Of a stretch of 64,000 bases of DNA, positions 42,417-52,741 are shown piece by piece. The notes below the pieces were generated by a model. The model saw only the letters and a program-made list of their open reading frames with translations, made no database searches and was not told the origin of the DNA. A program made the translations under genes and the position numbers. This DNA is from an uncultured archaeon (GTDB lineage Archaea > Thermoproteota > Nitrososphaeria > Nitrososphaerales > Gagatemarchaeaceae). Position 1 is the stretch's first letter, and each line of letters starts with the position of its first letter. The stretch covers positions 1,536,001 through 1,600,000 of the forward strand of contig CAWCYD010000003.1 of assembly GCA_963799775.1 (NCBI GenBank), given 5' to 3'.

Positions 42417-43826
42417 CTATTGCTTGGTGGTCGCCGTCGGTGTAGGTGTCATGGATCTTCGCCGGTACTTTTCTATCATCTCCGGCTTAATCCTCTTGAT
42501 CTCAGAGTCCGCGAGCGGGGCGATGACCTCCCAGCCGAGGTCGAGCGTCTGCTCGATGCTCCTGTCCTCGTTGATTCCCTGCTTCACGAACATCTTCTCG
42601 AACCTGTCGGCTATCTTGAGGAACTTCCTGTCGGTGTCGCTTAGCGCCTCTTCGCCGACGATGGCGGAGAGAGCGCGGTTGTCCTTTCCTTGTGCGTAGC
42701 AGGCGTACAGCTGGTCCGCGAGGCCCCTGTGGTCCTCCCTTGTCCTGCCCTTGCCGATTCCCTGGTTCATGAGCCTGGAGAGGCTCTCGAGGACGTCGAT
42801 CGGGGGGTAGATGCCCGCCCTGTCGAGGTCCCTGCTGACGTAGATCTGCCCCTCCGTGATGTAGCCGGTGAGATCCGGGATGGGGTGAGTCTTGTCGTCC
42901 GCCGGCATGGTGAGGATCGGGATCTGCGTGATCGAGCCCTTTCGGCCCCTTATCTTGCCCGCGCGCTCGTAGATCGTCGAGAGGTCTGTGTACGTGTATC
43001 CTGGGAAGCCCCTCCTCCCGGGGACCTCGTCCCTTGCCGCCGAGATCTCTCGTAGGGCCTCGCAGTAGTTCGTCATGTCGGTGAGGATGACGAGCACGTG
43101 GCTCTCCCGCTCGTAGGCAAGGAACTCCGCCGTGGTAAGGGCGAGCCTGGGCGTGAGTATCCTCTCCATCGAGGGGTCAGACGACAGGTTGAGGAAGAGG
43201 ACGGTCCTCTCGAGGGCGCCCGTCTCCTCGAACTGGCGGATGAAGTAGTTGGCCTCCTCGCTGGTGATCCCCATCGCGGCGAAGACCACGGAGAAGCTCT
43301 CGGAGGCGCTGAGCACCTTCGCCTGCCTCGCGATCTGCGCGGCGAGCGCGTTGTGCGGGAGCCCGCTCCCTGAGAAGATCGGGAGCTTCTGGCCCCTGAC
43401 GAGGGTGTTCATGCCGTCTATCGTGGAGATGCCTGTCTGGATGAACTCCGAGGGCTCCTCCCTGCTGTAGGGGTTCATGGCCGAGCCGACTATCTCGACC
43501 TTCTGCTTCGAGACGATTGTGGGGCCCTTGTCTCGTGGGTTGCCCAACCCGTCGAAGACGCGGCCGAGCATCTCGTCTGAGACTGAGATTCTTGCGGTCT
43601 CCCCCAAGAAGCGGACCGACGTTTGGCCGACGTTGAGGCCCATGGTCGAACCGAAGACCTGGACGATCGCGAGCCCCGCGCGCGAGTCGAGCACCTGCCC
43701 ACGGACCCGTTCGCCCACGGCGTTCGTGATCTCGACCATCTCGCCGTACGCCGCGTTCTCGACCTTGTCGACGAAGATCAGAGGCCCGGCTACCTGGTTT
43801 ACCGTCTTGTGTGAAACTGGCTGCAT
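42417..43826 (-). CDS. atpB: A/V-type ATP synthase subunit B
   Basis: [41 protein letters not shown]. Confidence 0.97.
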   Translation of the reverse strand: MQPVSHKTVNQVAGPLIFVDKVENAAYGEMVEITNAVGERVRGQVLDSRAGLAIVQVFGSTMGLNVGQTSVRFLGETARISVSDEMLGRVFDGLGNPRDKGPTIVSKQKVEIVGSAMNPYSREEPSEFIQTGISTIDGMNTLVRGQKLPIFSGSGLPHNALAAQIARQAKVLSASESFSVVFAAMGITSEEANYFIRQFEETGALERTVLFLNLSSDPSMERILTPRLALTTAEFLAYERESHVLVILTDMTNYCEALREISAARDEVPGRRGFPGYTYTDLSTIYERAGKIRGRKGSITQIPILTMPADDKTHPIPDLTGYITEGQIYVSRDLDRAGIYPPIDVLESLSRLMNQGIGKGRTREDHRGLADQLYACYAQGKDNRALSAIVGEEALSDTDRKFLKIADRFEKMFVKQGINEDRSIEQTLDLGWEVIAPLADSEIKRIKPEMIEKYRRRSMTPTPTATTKQ

Positions 43827-45614
43827 TTACTGTTGCACCTTGATTTCCTGTCTCAGGCCGGCGAACTGCTGGGCCATGTCGGCCTCGACCTCCTTGATGA
43901 AGGCCTCGACCTGGTCCTCCGGGGTCCACTTGATCTTCGATATCTTGGACTTGACCGGGAAGGCGGCGACCTGGGTCGCGGTGGCGCCCGTCTTGAGAGC
44001 CTCGGCCTCCATGTGCCCAAAGTCCAGTATCGCCTTGATCATGAGGTACTGCTTCCTGATGGACGAGTAGGTGTCCACCGGGTCGTAGGCGCTCTGCTGG
44101 AGGTAGTCTTCCCTGATCATCTTCGCGACGTCCATCGTCCCCTTCTCCGACTCTGGGAGCGCGTCGTAGCCCACGAGCTGGACGATGTCTTGGAGCTCTG
44201 CCTCCTTTTGGAGGATCTCCAGCGCCTCGCTGCGGAAGCCAGGCCAGTCCTTCCCGATGTTGGTGACGTACCAGTTGCGGAGGTCATCGGTGTAGAGCGA
44301 GTAGCTGTTGAGCCAGTTGATAGATGGGAAGTGCCTGCGCGCAGCCAAGCTGGCGTCGAGCGCCCAGAAGACCCTGGTGACACGGAGGGTGTTCTGCGAG
44401 ACGGGCTCCGAGAAGTCTCCGCCAGGAGGCGAGACCGCTCCGACCACCGACACCGAGCCGGTCCTGTCGTCGCCGGGGCCGAGGACGACTGCGCGTCCTG
44501 CCCTCTCGTAGAACTCCGCGAGCCTTCGGCCGAGGTATGCGGGGTAGCCTTCCTCGCCGGGCATCTCCTCGAGCCTGCCCGAGATCTCTCTCAGGGCCTC
44601 GGCCCACCTTGAGGTGCTGTCTGCCATGAGAGCGACGTCGTATCCCATGTCCCTGTAGTATTCGGCTATCGTGATTCCCGTGTAGATGCTGGCCTCCCTT
44701 GCAGCGACGGGCATGTTGGACGTGTTGGCGACGAGGATGGTCCTCTCCATCAGCGGCCTCTTTGAGCGGGGGTCTTCGAGTTCGGGGAAGGTCGCGAGCA
44801 CTTCCGTCATCTCGTTTCCTCTCTCTCCGCAGCCTACGTAGACGATGATGCTTGCGTCAGACCACTTTGCCAGCTGCTGCTGGGAGACCGTCTTTCCAGA
44901 GCCGAACGGCCCGGGGATTGCAGCGGTCCCGCCTTTTGCAAGCGGGAAGAATGTGTCGAAGACCCTCTGCCCTGTGAGGAGCGGGGTGTCGGGCGGGAGT
45001 TTCCTTGTGAGCGGCCTCGGGATCCTGACCCTCCACTTGGTGGCGAGGAAGACGGGGACGTCGCCCTCTGCGGCCTTGATTGAGCCGACCTTCTCTCTGA
45101 TCGTGAAGCTTCCGGCCTTTAGTTCCTTGAGCTCTCCGCTCACTCCGGGAGGGACCATGATCTTGTGAGAGATTAGGGGGGTCTCCTGGACCGTGCCGAG
45201 GATCTCTCCGGGGACGACCTTGTCTCCCGCCTTCTTCACAGGCTTGAACTCCCACTTCTTCTTCTCGTCGAGAGCGGGGATGACTAGCCCTCTGCTGATG
45301 AAGTCGCCGCTCTCCTTCCGTAGGACGTCGAGAGGGCGCTGGATCCCGTCGTAGATGGAGGTGAGGAGGCCAGGCCCGAGCTCGACGGAGAGCGCCTGAC
45401 CGGTGTTGACGACCTTCTCTCCGGGCTTGAGGCCCGTCGTGTCCTCGTAGATCTGGAGCGTGGCCGTGTCTCCCTGGAGCCTGATGACCTCGCCGACCAG
45501 ACCGAGGTCGCCGACGCGGACGACGTCGAACATCTTCGCCCCTTCCAGCCCCTTTGCTGCGACGACCGGACCTGAGACCCTGTAGACCACGCCAGTGTTG
45601 TTACTCTTGCTCAT
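43827..45614 (-). CDS. atpA: A/V-type ATP synthase subunit A
   Basis: [40 protein letters not shown]; no intein. Confidence 0.97.
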   Translation of the reverse strand: MSKSNNTGVVYRVSGPVVAAKGLEGAKMFDVVRVGDLGLVGEVIRLQGDTATLQIYEDTTGLKPGEKVVNTGQALSVELGPGLLTSIYDGIQRPLDVLRKESGDFISRGLVIPALDEKKKWEFKPVKKAGDKVVPGEILGTVQETPLISHKIMVPPGVSGELKELKAGSFTIREKVGSIKAAEGDVPVFLATKWRVRIPRPLTRKLPPDTPLLTGQRVFDTFFPLAKGGTAAIPGPFGSGKTVSQQQLAKWSDASIIVYVGCGERGNEMTEVLATFPELEDPRSKRPLMERTILVANTSNMPVAAREASIYTGITIAEYYRDMGYDVALMADSTSRWAEALREISGRLEEMPGEEGYPAYLGRRLAEFYERAGRAVVLGPGDDRTGSVSVVGAVSPPGGDFSEPVSQNTLRVTRVFWALDASLAARRHFPSINWLNSYSLYTDDLRNWYVTNIGKDWPGFRSEALEILQKEAELQDIVQLVGYDALPESEKGTMDVAKMIREDYLQQSAYDPVDTYSSIRKQYLMIKAILDFGHMEAEALKTGATATQVAAFPVKSKISKIKWTPEDQVEAFIKEVEADMAQQFAGLRQEIKVQQ

Positions 45615-45615
45615 T

Positions 45616-45960
45616 CTAATTCCCCATCTTTATGTCGACGCCAAGGACGCGCTTTGCGAGCTTGGAGAGGGACTCCTCGGCCACCTCTGCGCCGTCCGCC
45701 GAGGGCATGAAGACGACGAGGGGGACGATGGAAGACTCGAGCTTGTCAAGGACCGCGGGCGACAATCCTTTGCGGGCCTCGTTTCCAACGATGATAAGGT
45801 TGTATTTCCCAGAGTTGAACAGGTCCATCACCGCCTTTTGCGAGTCTTGCCTGGTCACGGGGACTGCGTCCTCGACGCCTAGAAGCCGATAACCGAGAAC
45901 GAGCTCTTTTTCTCCGACGACGGCGATCTTTCCGACAAGAGCTTGAGTCCTCGAGCTCAT
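45616..45960 (-). CDS. atpF: A/V-type ATP synthase subunit F
   Basis: [19 protein letters not shown]...KRVLGVDI. Confidence 0.93.
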   Translation of the reverse strand: MSSRTQALVGKIAVVGEKELVLGYRLLGVEDAVPVTRQDSQKAVMDLFNSGKYNLIIVGNEARKGLSPAVLDKLESSIVPLVVFMPSADGAEVAEESLSKLAKRVLGVDIKMGN

Positions 45961-45967
45961 GTGTTTA

Positions 45968-47032
45968 TCATGCCGCCAGAATTACCGTCTTTATGTATTC
46001 TTCGGTCATCCCATACTGTTTCGCGTAAGTTATCCTCCTGATGTTCTGCCTCTCCACCTCCGCCTGGATGACAAAGCCGAAGACCGAGGTGAGCGACATG
46101 GGGAGGCTCCTGAACCTGGGCAGGAACTTTGTGATGATCATCTTGTCCAGAGAGACCTCGAACTCGGTGAGGTTCCCGGACTTTGTGTAGGCCTCGAGGG
46201 GAGCGCTGAGGTCGAACCAAGGCTCGAATCTCTTCGCCATATCGGAGACGTCCGCCGAGGCGTAAGCCTCCAGGAGGCTGGCGCTCGGGACGAGCCCGCC
46301 CTCGATGACGTGCTTCGCGAAGGTGTCCCTCTCGAGCTTGGACTCTCGGGCCTTTAGGAAGTTCAGGATATCCTTCTTCGAGATCTCCGACTTGATGTAT
46401 TCGCGCAGCACCCCCTCGTCCCCCCTGAGGAAGCGCAGCTCCCAGAGGAGCTTCGAGTAGAAGTAATTCTGCAGAGCCCCCGTGAAGACGCCGAGGTCGC
46501 CGGTCTTCCTGAACTCGCCGAGCTGCTGGAGGAGGATGGCGCCGTAGCCGTATTTCACTAGGTAGTTGATGACAGCCTCCACGTCCGGCTGCTGGAGGAG
46601 CACCTGGAGCTCGCTGAGTGGGATGGTGTTGAACGAGAGGCCAACGGGGAGGTTGCGCGAGGAGACGAGGAACGCCTCCGTCTCCTCGAGGCCCTTGCCG
46701 AGGGACTTCGCTGCGAGTATGAGCTCGATGTTCTCGATGTCCCACTTTGAGAGGTAGGCCAGGAGGGCCTGCTTGCCGAAGAGTGGGGCGGCCTGGATCG
46801 CTAACCTGTTTATCTTGACGAGGTGCCTGTTCAGGGCGATCTCGATGAGCTCAGGGGGCTTGTAGACGGCCGCAGCCGACTCGACCTCAGGCCCGTACCA
46901 GGTCGACTCGAGCTGCTGCGCAATCTCGGCGGTGTCCTTGGCCCTGGAGAGCTCGTAGAGCTTCTCCTTGCTGAGGAAGGATAGCGAGAGTGCCCGCAGC
47001 CTGCCCAGGCCCGCGAACTGGGTCGAACTCAT
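45968..47032 (-). CDS. atpC: A/V-type ATP synthase subunit C
   Basis: RLRALSLSFLSKE, KWDIENI, EVERQNIRRI; operon position. Confidence 0.9.
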   Translation of the reverse strand: MSSTQFAGLGRLRALSLSFLSKEKLYELSRAKDTAEIAQQLESTWYGPEVESAAAVYKPPELIEIALNRHLVKINRLAIQAAPLFGKQALLAYLSKWDIENIELILAAKSLGKGLEETEAFLVSSRNLPVGLSFNTIPLSELQVLLQQPDVEAVINYLVKYGYGAILLQQLGEFRKTGDLGVFTGALQNYFYSKLLWELRFLRGDEGVLREYIKSEISKKDILNFLKARESKLERDTFAKHVIEGGLVPSASLLEAYASADVSDMAKRFEPWFDLSAPLEAYTKSGNLTEFEVSLDKMIITKFLPRFRSLPMSLTSVFGFVIQAEVERQNIRRITYAKQYGMTEEYIKTVILAA

Positions 47033-47042
47033 TCATCCACCG

Positions 47043-47603
47043 TTACTCCTTCCCAAGGATGGCGGCGCGCACGTCGTCCTCGCGCCCGCGCAGGAGCTCC
47101 TCGAATGTGAGGTCGAGCTCGAGGGTCCCGTCCTCCGAGTCGGCGACGAACCCGCCCATGGAGTTGAGGTCGGCGGACGCGACCTTGGCGCCCGCTGCCT
47201 TTAGCGTCGCCTCGTCGGCCTTGCGACAGGTCACGGCGATCTTGCCCCCGAGCCTCTTGGAGGCGTAGCGCGCCATCTTCTGCAGGAGCTCGGGGTAAGC
47301 GGGCGACGAGGCGAGCTCTGCGAGGGACTGCTTGAGGGCGCCGATGTTGCTCTCGAGCATCTTCTCCGTCGCGTCGAACATTATCTTCTTCGCCTGGAGC
47401 TTGGAAGCCCCCTGGATCCTGATCTTCTCCCTCTGGGAGGCCACTGCCGCCTCCTTCTTGGCGTTCTCCATGATGTAGGCGAGCTGCTCTTCGGTGCGCT
47501 TCTTGACCTCGTCGCGCTTGGCCGCGTACTCGGCCTCGAGGGCCTCTAGGGCCTTTTTGCGCCTGTCCTCGACTTCCTTGAGTAAGGCGTCTACGCCCAT
47601 CAT
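47043..47603 (-). CDS. atpE: A/V-type ATP synthase subunit E
   Basis: Coiled-coil N-terminus, MGGFVADSEDG.LELDLTFE. Confidence 0.9.
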   Translation of the reverse strand: MMGVDALLKEVEDRRKKALEALEAEYAAKRDEVKKRTEEQLAYIMENAKKEAAVASQREKIRIQGASKLQAKKIMFDATEKMLESNIGALKQSLAELASSPAYPELLQKMARYASKRLGGKIAVTCRKADEATLKAAGAKVASADLNSMGGFVADSEDGTLELDLTFEELLRGREDDVRAAILGKE

Positions 47604-47619
47604 GGCTAGACAGCCCTCT

Positions 47620-47844
47620 TTACAGGATGTTGAGGAGCAGGATTACACCGAGGACGAAGCCGATGATCCACAACGTCTCCGGGATGACGAAGAAGAAGAG
47701 AACCTGGCCGAACTTCTCGGGTTTCTCTGCGATTATCCCCATGCCCGCCGCGCCGATACCCTGCTGTGCGATACCGGTCCCTATCAGGCCGCCAGCCATC
47801 ACTATCGCTGCGGCGATTGCAAGCTCAGGACTTACTACAACCAT
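47620..47844 (-). CDS. atpK: A/V-type ATP synthase subunit K (c), single hairpin
   Basis: GIAQQGIGAAGMGIIAEKPE...IPETLWIIG. Confidence 0.93.
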   Translation of the reverse strand: MVVVSPELAIAAAIVMAGGLIGTGIAQQGIGAAGMGIIAEKPEKFGQVLFFFVIPETLWIIGFVLGVILLLNIL

Positions 47845-47977
47845 TTGGAAATTCTGTGCTTCCGTTGCTTTGGAGAACCGTATTTATGCATATCTGCACG
47901 TTTGTAAAGTTGGGAGGGACATTCCGGCCCCTGCGCCGGCTGGCGTGACGAGATGAGGACGCTTAAGTAAAGGCCCG

Positions 47978-48334
47978 ATGATGAAGGCAAAGGCCTTGTC
48001 GAGCGTCAAGACCTTCTTCCGTCACTGCCCGTCTTGCGGCCGAAGGTTCGAGATTCGGCTGGTGAAGAAGGAGGAGGTGGACTCGGAGGAGCTTGAGGAG
48101 AACTTACCTCGGCCGGGGCTCGCAAACCCGATCATCGAGAGGGCGATGGTTACGAACCCCGTGACCCCGGTCCTCACCGGGTCGCCAATCAAGTTGAGCG
48201 AGGGCGAACCCTCAATCGTGGACATCGAGGATTTTCGATACACCTACAGGTGCAAGCACTGCGGGCACGAATGGTCGGAGGTCCACACGACCGAGGACAG
48301 TTTCAAGGCCCCAGAGGGCTACACTGGAGACTGA
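47978..48334 (+). CDS. Hypothetical zinc-ribbon protein
   Basis: HCPSCG...YRCKHCGHEW. Confidence 0.65.
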   Translation: MMKAKALSSVKTFFRHCPSCGRRFEIRLVKKEEVDSEELEENLPRPGLANPIIERAMVTNPVTPVLTGSPIKLSEGEPSIVDIEDFRYTYRCKHCGHEWSEVHTTEDSFKAPEGYTGD

Positions 48335-48357
48335 GCAGACCTACAATCGGGGTCGGC

Positions 48358-48696
48358 TCAGGACGTCAGGAGAAGTATTGCCTTCGCCACCTCACCGTCT
48401 GACTGCTCCAGCGCCGCTACCGCCTTTTCTCGTGTCACGTTCGCTTGCTGCTGCACTAGCACTATGTCGTCGTCCGAGAACTTCTTGACCTCCTTGGCCA
48501 TCTCCTCGACCTCGCCCGCCACCTGGAAGACGCGGTTCCCCTGGAAGTTCACCTCGGAGACGGAAGCTCCGCTGATGACGAGGTCCTTGGTGGCAGTCCG
48601 GATGATGACCTCTTCCACGTCGGGGACCTCCTTCTGATTTATCCCCATCTTCTCCATCATCCTCCGCGCGTTCCTGTCGTTGAGTTTCATTCCCAC
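48358..48696 (-). CDS. nac: Nascent polypeptide-associated complex protein
   Basis: MMEKMGI...VEEVII...DIVLVQQQANV...AILLL (NAC + UBA). Confidence 0.92.
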   Translation of the reverse strand: MGMKLNDRNARRMMEKMGINQKEVPDVEEVIIRTATKDLVISGASVSEVNFQGNRVFQVAGEVEEMAKEVKKFSDDDIVLVQQQANVTREKAVAALEQSDGEVAKAILLLTS

Positions 48697-48771
48697 GGAA
48701 GTCGCCTAGCTCTCACTAGCGAGTCCCTGCCTTAAAGTCATCGATGAATGAGAGGGGCCGAGCCCAGGCCC

Positions 48772-49224
48772 TCACTCGTCTGGAGCGGATTCCCTGCTCG
48801 CGGATGCGCGGGTCTTTACGGCCACCCCGTGCTTGAACTCGCGCATGTAGTCCCCGTGCACCTTGGCGCAGCCGACCGCTATCACGTTCCCGTCGGGATC
48901 GAGCACCGCGACCTCCCCATACGGAAGGACGTGCTTGCCGACTTTTCGCACGAACTTGCAGAAGACGGACTTGCCCTCGCGGACGAAAGGGACCGCTGCC
49001 TGGTCGACGGTCACCGTGTTCTGCGCGTAGGCCCTGGACTTGATGAGGACGGTCGCGCCGTAGAAGGTGGGAGCGATGATGCCGGCGGGCCTGATTGTGG
49101 CGAAGAGCTTCTCCTCGTGGATGACCTGCTTCAGCCTGTCCGAGCGCTTCGAGTAGACGAAGCCGAGGCCAGTCTTCGGGAGTGCCTTGCTCGTCCCGGG
49201 GCCGAACTCATAGTCGAGCATCAC
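48772..49224 (-). CDS. PUA domain protein (archaeosine TGT C-terminal-like); start uncertain
   Basis: DYEFG.G, FVREGKSVFCKFV, GVAVKTR. Confidence 0.82.
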   Translation of the reverse strand: MMLDYEFGPGTSKALPKTGLGFVYSKRSDRLKQVIHEEKLFATIRPAGIIAPTFYGATVLIKSRAYAQNTVTVDQAAVPFVREGKSVFCKFVRKVGKHVLPYGEVAVLDPDGNVIAVGCAKVHGDYMREFKHGVAVKTRASASRESAPDE

Positions 49225-49365
49225 CGAGAACTGCTTCCGGCCGTCGAGTAGTCGCGAGCGAGATCCCCGTCCTCGGTCGGCTCCTCACGATGTCTATGTA
49301 AAGGTCTGCGGGATGTCGGTTTCTAGGAGCGAAACTTTAAGGCACCTTCCGATTCACGAGGCTTT

Positions 49366-49798
49366 GTGAAGGCCCAGTGTGAGGTCTGCGGCTCTCCGCT
49401 CCGTGTTCCAAACAGAGTGGAGATAGACGGCGCGACGATGGTGGTATGCGACACGTGCGCGAGGCTGGGGAGGCCTCTGGGGCCCCGCCCTGACGCCGAA
49501 GCCGCGCCCGTCCCCGTTCCAGAACACGACGAGGACGATGTCCCAGCCGAGGATCGAGCCGGAGTATGACGTGGACCCGGACTATAGCCTCAAGATCAGG
49601 CAGGCGAGGGAGAAGCAGGGCCTGTCCCAAGACCAGCTGGGGATGCTCCTGAACGAGAAGCCCTCTGTGATAAAGATGGTCGAGTCCAAGAAGCTCAAGC
49701 CCGACATCGCGCTCACCCGAAAGCTCATGCATCAGTTGAAGATCAACCTCCTTGTCTCGATGTCCGAGCTCGAAGGCGGCGCCTCCAGCTCGATGTGA
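49366..49798 (+). CDS. mbf1: Multiprotein bridging factor aMBF1, frameshifted
   Basis: CEVCG...IDGA.MVVCDTC zinc ribbon plus IRQAREKQGLSQDQLG HTH. Confidence 0.88.
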
Positions 49799-50893
49799 GC
49801 ATGAACAGGGCCCTCCTCGTCACACGTCCCGATAGGGACACAATAGAAGAGGCCGACGCACTCGCGCGGGCCGCGGGCTACGAGCCGGTCGGCGTCGTCA
49901 CGCAGGGATTCTTGCACCACGCAAAGTATGGCGTCGGGACGGGCAAGGCGGAGGAGCTCGCCCGCGAGGTGAAGGAGAAGGAGGCAGACCTGATAATCTT
50001 CGACTCCGCGCTTCGGGCGTCCCAGACCTACGCGCTCGCGAAGCTCTGCAAGGTCGAGGTGAAGGACAGGGAGAAGGTGATACTAGAGATATTCGCGATG
50101 CGGGCCTCCACCGCGGAGGCCAAGCTCCAGGTCCAGCTCGCGGAGCTGGAGTACGAGATCCCCAGGGCGAGGGAGAACGTGAGGATGGCGAGGCAGGCGG
50201 AGCAGCCCGGGTTCTTCGGCCTGGGCAAGTACGAGGCGGACGTCTACACCAGGATGATGAAGAGCCGCGTCTCGACCCTCAAGCGAAAGGTCGAGGCCGT
50301 GGCCAAGAGGCGCGAGATCTTCCGGGAGAACAGGAGGAAGCTCGCCTTCCCGACGATCGCCCTTGCCGGCTACACGGCGGCCGGGAAGACCAGCCTCTTC
50401 AACTTCCTCACCGGGGAGTCGAAGAGCGTCGACGCAGGGGTCTTCACGACGCTTGCCCCCACCACGAGGGCGATGATGGTCGGGGAGAGGAAGACGCTCC
50501 TCACCGACACGGTCGGCTTCATCAGCAACCTTCCGGCCTACCTCATCGAGTCGTTCAAGTCGACCCTCGAGGAGATATCGTATGCCAGCGTCGTCTTCCT
50601 GCTCCTGGACGTCAGCCAGTCCGCGGAGAAGTTCATCAGGAGCTTCGAGAGCTCGGCCGAGGTCCATGACGGAGCTCGGGGTGAAGCCCTCGAGCGTGAT
50701 ATTCATCCTGAACAAGTGCGACCTCGCGCCTGCGGAGCTCATCGAGGAGAGGAAGCAGCAGCTCGGCCCGGTGCAGATTGCGGAGATATCGGCGAAGACG
50801 GGCGCGGGCATCGAGAGCCTCCTCAAGCTCGCAGGCTCGCAGCTCGACCAGATGGCCGAGGAGGAGGGGATAGAGGGGAAGGTGCCCACTTGA
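49795..50893 (+). CDS. hflX: GTPase HflX, frameshift near 50665
   Basis: AEAKLQVQLA, GYTAAGKTS, FTTL, DTVGFI, NKCD, ISAKTG. Confidence 0.93.
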
Positions 50894-50894
50894 G

Positions 50895-51425
50895 TTGGGC
50901 CTTGCCAGCGTCAGGGTCGTAAGGGTCGGGCACAGATACGTCCGGGACTACCGCACCTTGACCCACCTCTGCCTGGTCTCGAGGGCCCTAGGGGCCGAGG
51001 CCATCTATCTCGAGGAGGTCGAGAAGGAGCTCGCAGAGACCGTGGCCGAGGTCAACCGAACCTGGGGCGGGGACTTTCAGATCATCGAGGGCGGCTGGAA
51101 GAAGGTCTTCCAGGAGGCGAAGAAGGAGGGACGGGCCATCGTCCACCTCACGATGTATGGGTCTCCCCTCCAGGACAAGCTTACCGAGCTAAGGAAGCAC
51201 AAGAGCTTCCTGGTAGCCGTGGGAGGCCCCAAGGTGCCTGGCGAGGTCTACCAGATGGCCGACTACAACATCGCGGTGACTTCTCAGCCCCATTCCGAGG
51301 TCGCGGCCCTGGCGATAACGGTCCACGAGTTGCAAAAGGGGGAAGAGCTTAAGAAGGTGTTTGGCGATTATAAGCTCAAGATAATCCCCACGGCGAAAGG
51401 GAAGCAAGTAGAGCAGAAAACGTGA
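50895..51425 (+). CDS. trm56: tRNA (cytidine56-2'-O)-methyltransferase
   Basis: RVGHR..RD.R..TH, VHLTMYG, QPHSEVAAL. Confidence 0.93.
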   Translation: MGLASVRVVRVGHRYVRDYRTLTHLCLVSRALGAEAIYLEEVEKELAETVAEVNRTWGGDFQIIEGGWKKVFQEAKKEGRAIVHLTMYGSPLQDKLTELRKHKSFLVAVGGPKVPGEVYQMADYNIAVTSQPHSEVAALAITVHELQKGEELKKVFGDYKLKIIPTAKGKQVEQKT

Positions 51426-51931
51426 AAATCGAGTACGAGGACACTTTTGTCAAAGTCGCCGGCCTTATAGGCGGTCCTGACTACGTCAGGGTAGCCCGCG
51501 CTCTGCTCAACAACGAGAACGCCACGGACGAGGAGATAGCCTCGGCCACGGGCCTCAAGATAAAGACGGTGAGGAAGGCCCTCTACGACCTATTCGGGAG
51601 GAGCCTCATCTCCGGAGTGAGGGTCAGGGACCCCAAGAGGGGCTGGTTCGTCTACAGGTGGAAGGCCCAGCGCGACCAGACCGACGGGTTCATCCAGACC
51701 CAGAAGAAGAAGATCCTCGCGAGGCTCAAGCAGAGGCTCGAGCACGAGGAGACGAGGGAGTTCTACTACTGCGGGACGCCCACATGCGTAACGCGGACCT
51801 TCGAGGAGGCGATGGAGACCTTCTTCAAGTGCCCGACGTGCTCGAGGCCCCTCAACAGGATAGACAACACTGATCTGAAGGATGCCCTGCGCTGGAAGAT
51901 CAACCAGCTGGAAGAGGACATCACAAAGTGA
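51422..51931 (+). CDS. tfe: Transcription factor E alpha
   Basis: TDEEIA...VRKALYDL, GWFVYRW, YYC...TFEEA..FFKCPTC. Confidence 0.93.
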   Translation: MKIEYEDTFVKVAGLIGGPDYVRVARALLNNENATDEEIASATGLKIKTVRKALYDLFGRSLISGVRVRDPKRGWFVYRWKAQRDQTDGFIQTQKKKILARLKQRLEHEETREFYYCGTPTCVTRTFEEAMETFFKCPTCSRPLNRIDNTDLKDALRWKINQLEEDITK

Positions 51932-51972
51932 CCTCACGGCCAGCCGTCCTGACCTGAAGGTCGGGTGCGCGC

Positions 51973-52509
51973 TTGATACCCAACGCCGCTCAGGCGCTCG
52001 CCCTGCACAAGAAGTACGGGAGCAACGACCGGACAGTCAACCACTGCTCAGCATGCGCAGGGATCTCTGCGCTGCTCTTAGAGAAGGCGGCAGAGAAGGG
52101 ACACAGCCTGGAGGAGGAGGCTGCAATCTCGGCGGCCCTCCTTCATGACATCGGCAGGAGCCAGACGCAGCTGGTATCCCACGGCTATGTCGGTGCCCAG
52201 CTTCTCGAGAAGGAAGGCGTCGACAAGGTCGTGGTGGAGATCGTCAAGAGGCACGTGGGAGCTGGGATCTCATCCGAAGAAGCGACGAGCCTGGGTTTCC
52301 CGCCCGGAGACTACCTCCCGAGGACGCTCGAGGAGAAGATCGTCTGCTTCTCAGACAAGATGCTCGACGGGGACAAGGCGAGGCCCTTCGAGGAGGAGGT
52401 CAAGAGGTTCGTGAAGAAGGGTCACGACGTTGCGAGGTTGAGGAAGCTCAAGGAAGATGTCAGCGCGGCCGTCCGGGCGGACGCTGAATCGCTCGTCCTT
52501 TCGGGCTGA
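51973..52509 (+). CDS. HD domain protein (TIGR00295-like)
   Basis: ALLHDIGRS, HVGAGI, PRTLEEKIVCFSDK. Confidence 0.9.
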   Translation: MIPNAAQALALHKKYGSNDRTVNHCSACAGISALLLEKAAEKGHSLEEEAAISAALLHDIGRSQTQLVSHGYVGAQLLEKEGVDKVVVEIVKRHVGAGISSEEATSLGFPPGDYLPRTLEEKIVCFSDKMLDGDKARPFEEEVKRFVKKGHDVARLRKLKEDVSAAVRADAESLVLSG

Positions 52510-52582
52510 GTGTCAAGCGCCCATTTTTCGACTGGCAACTGCGAGAAGGATATAAGGGTCAGAAATCGGTCTTTCTCTCTGC

Positions 52583-52697
52583 AGCGAGGTGGGGAAGCCA
52601 GACCTTCTCCCGAACGAAGGGGCAAGGTTATCCCGGCGGGCTCATAATCTTCTGATGAGGGACCCGCAGAGCGGTGGTTCAAATCCACCCCTCGCTA
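52583..52697 (+). tRNA. Initiator tRNA-Met(CAT) with introns at about 18/19 (52602-52626) and 37/38 (52647-52661)
   Basis: A1-U72 acceptor AGCGAGG/CCTCGCT, GGG/CCC anticodon stem, CAT 52643-52645, BHB-like motifs. Confidence 0.92.
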
Positions 52698-52741
52698 CCT
52701 TTTCTCATTTGCCGGTGCCTGTCTAATCATCGGCTGGTTCG

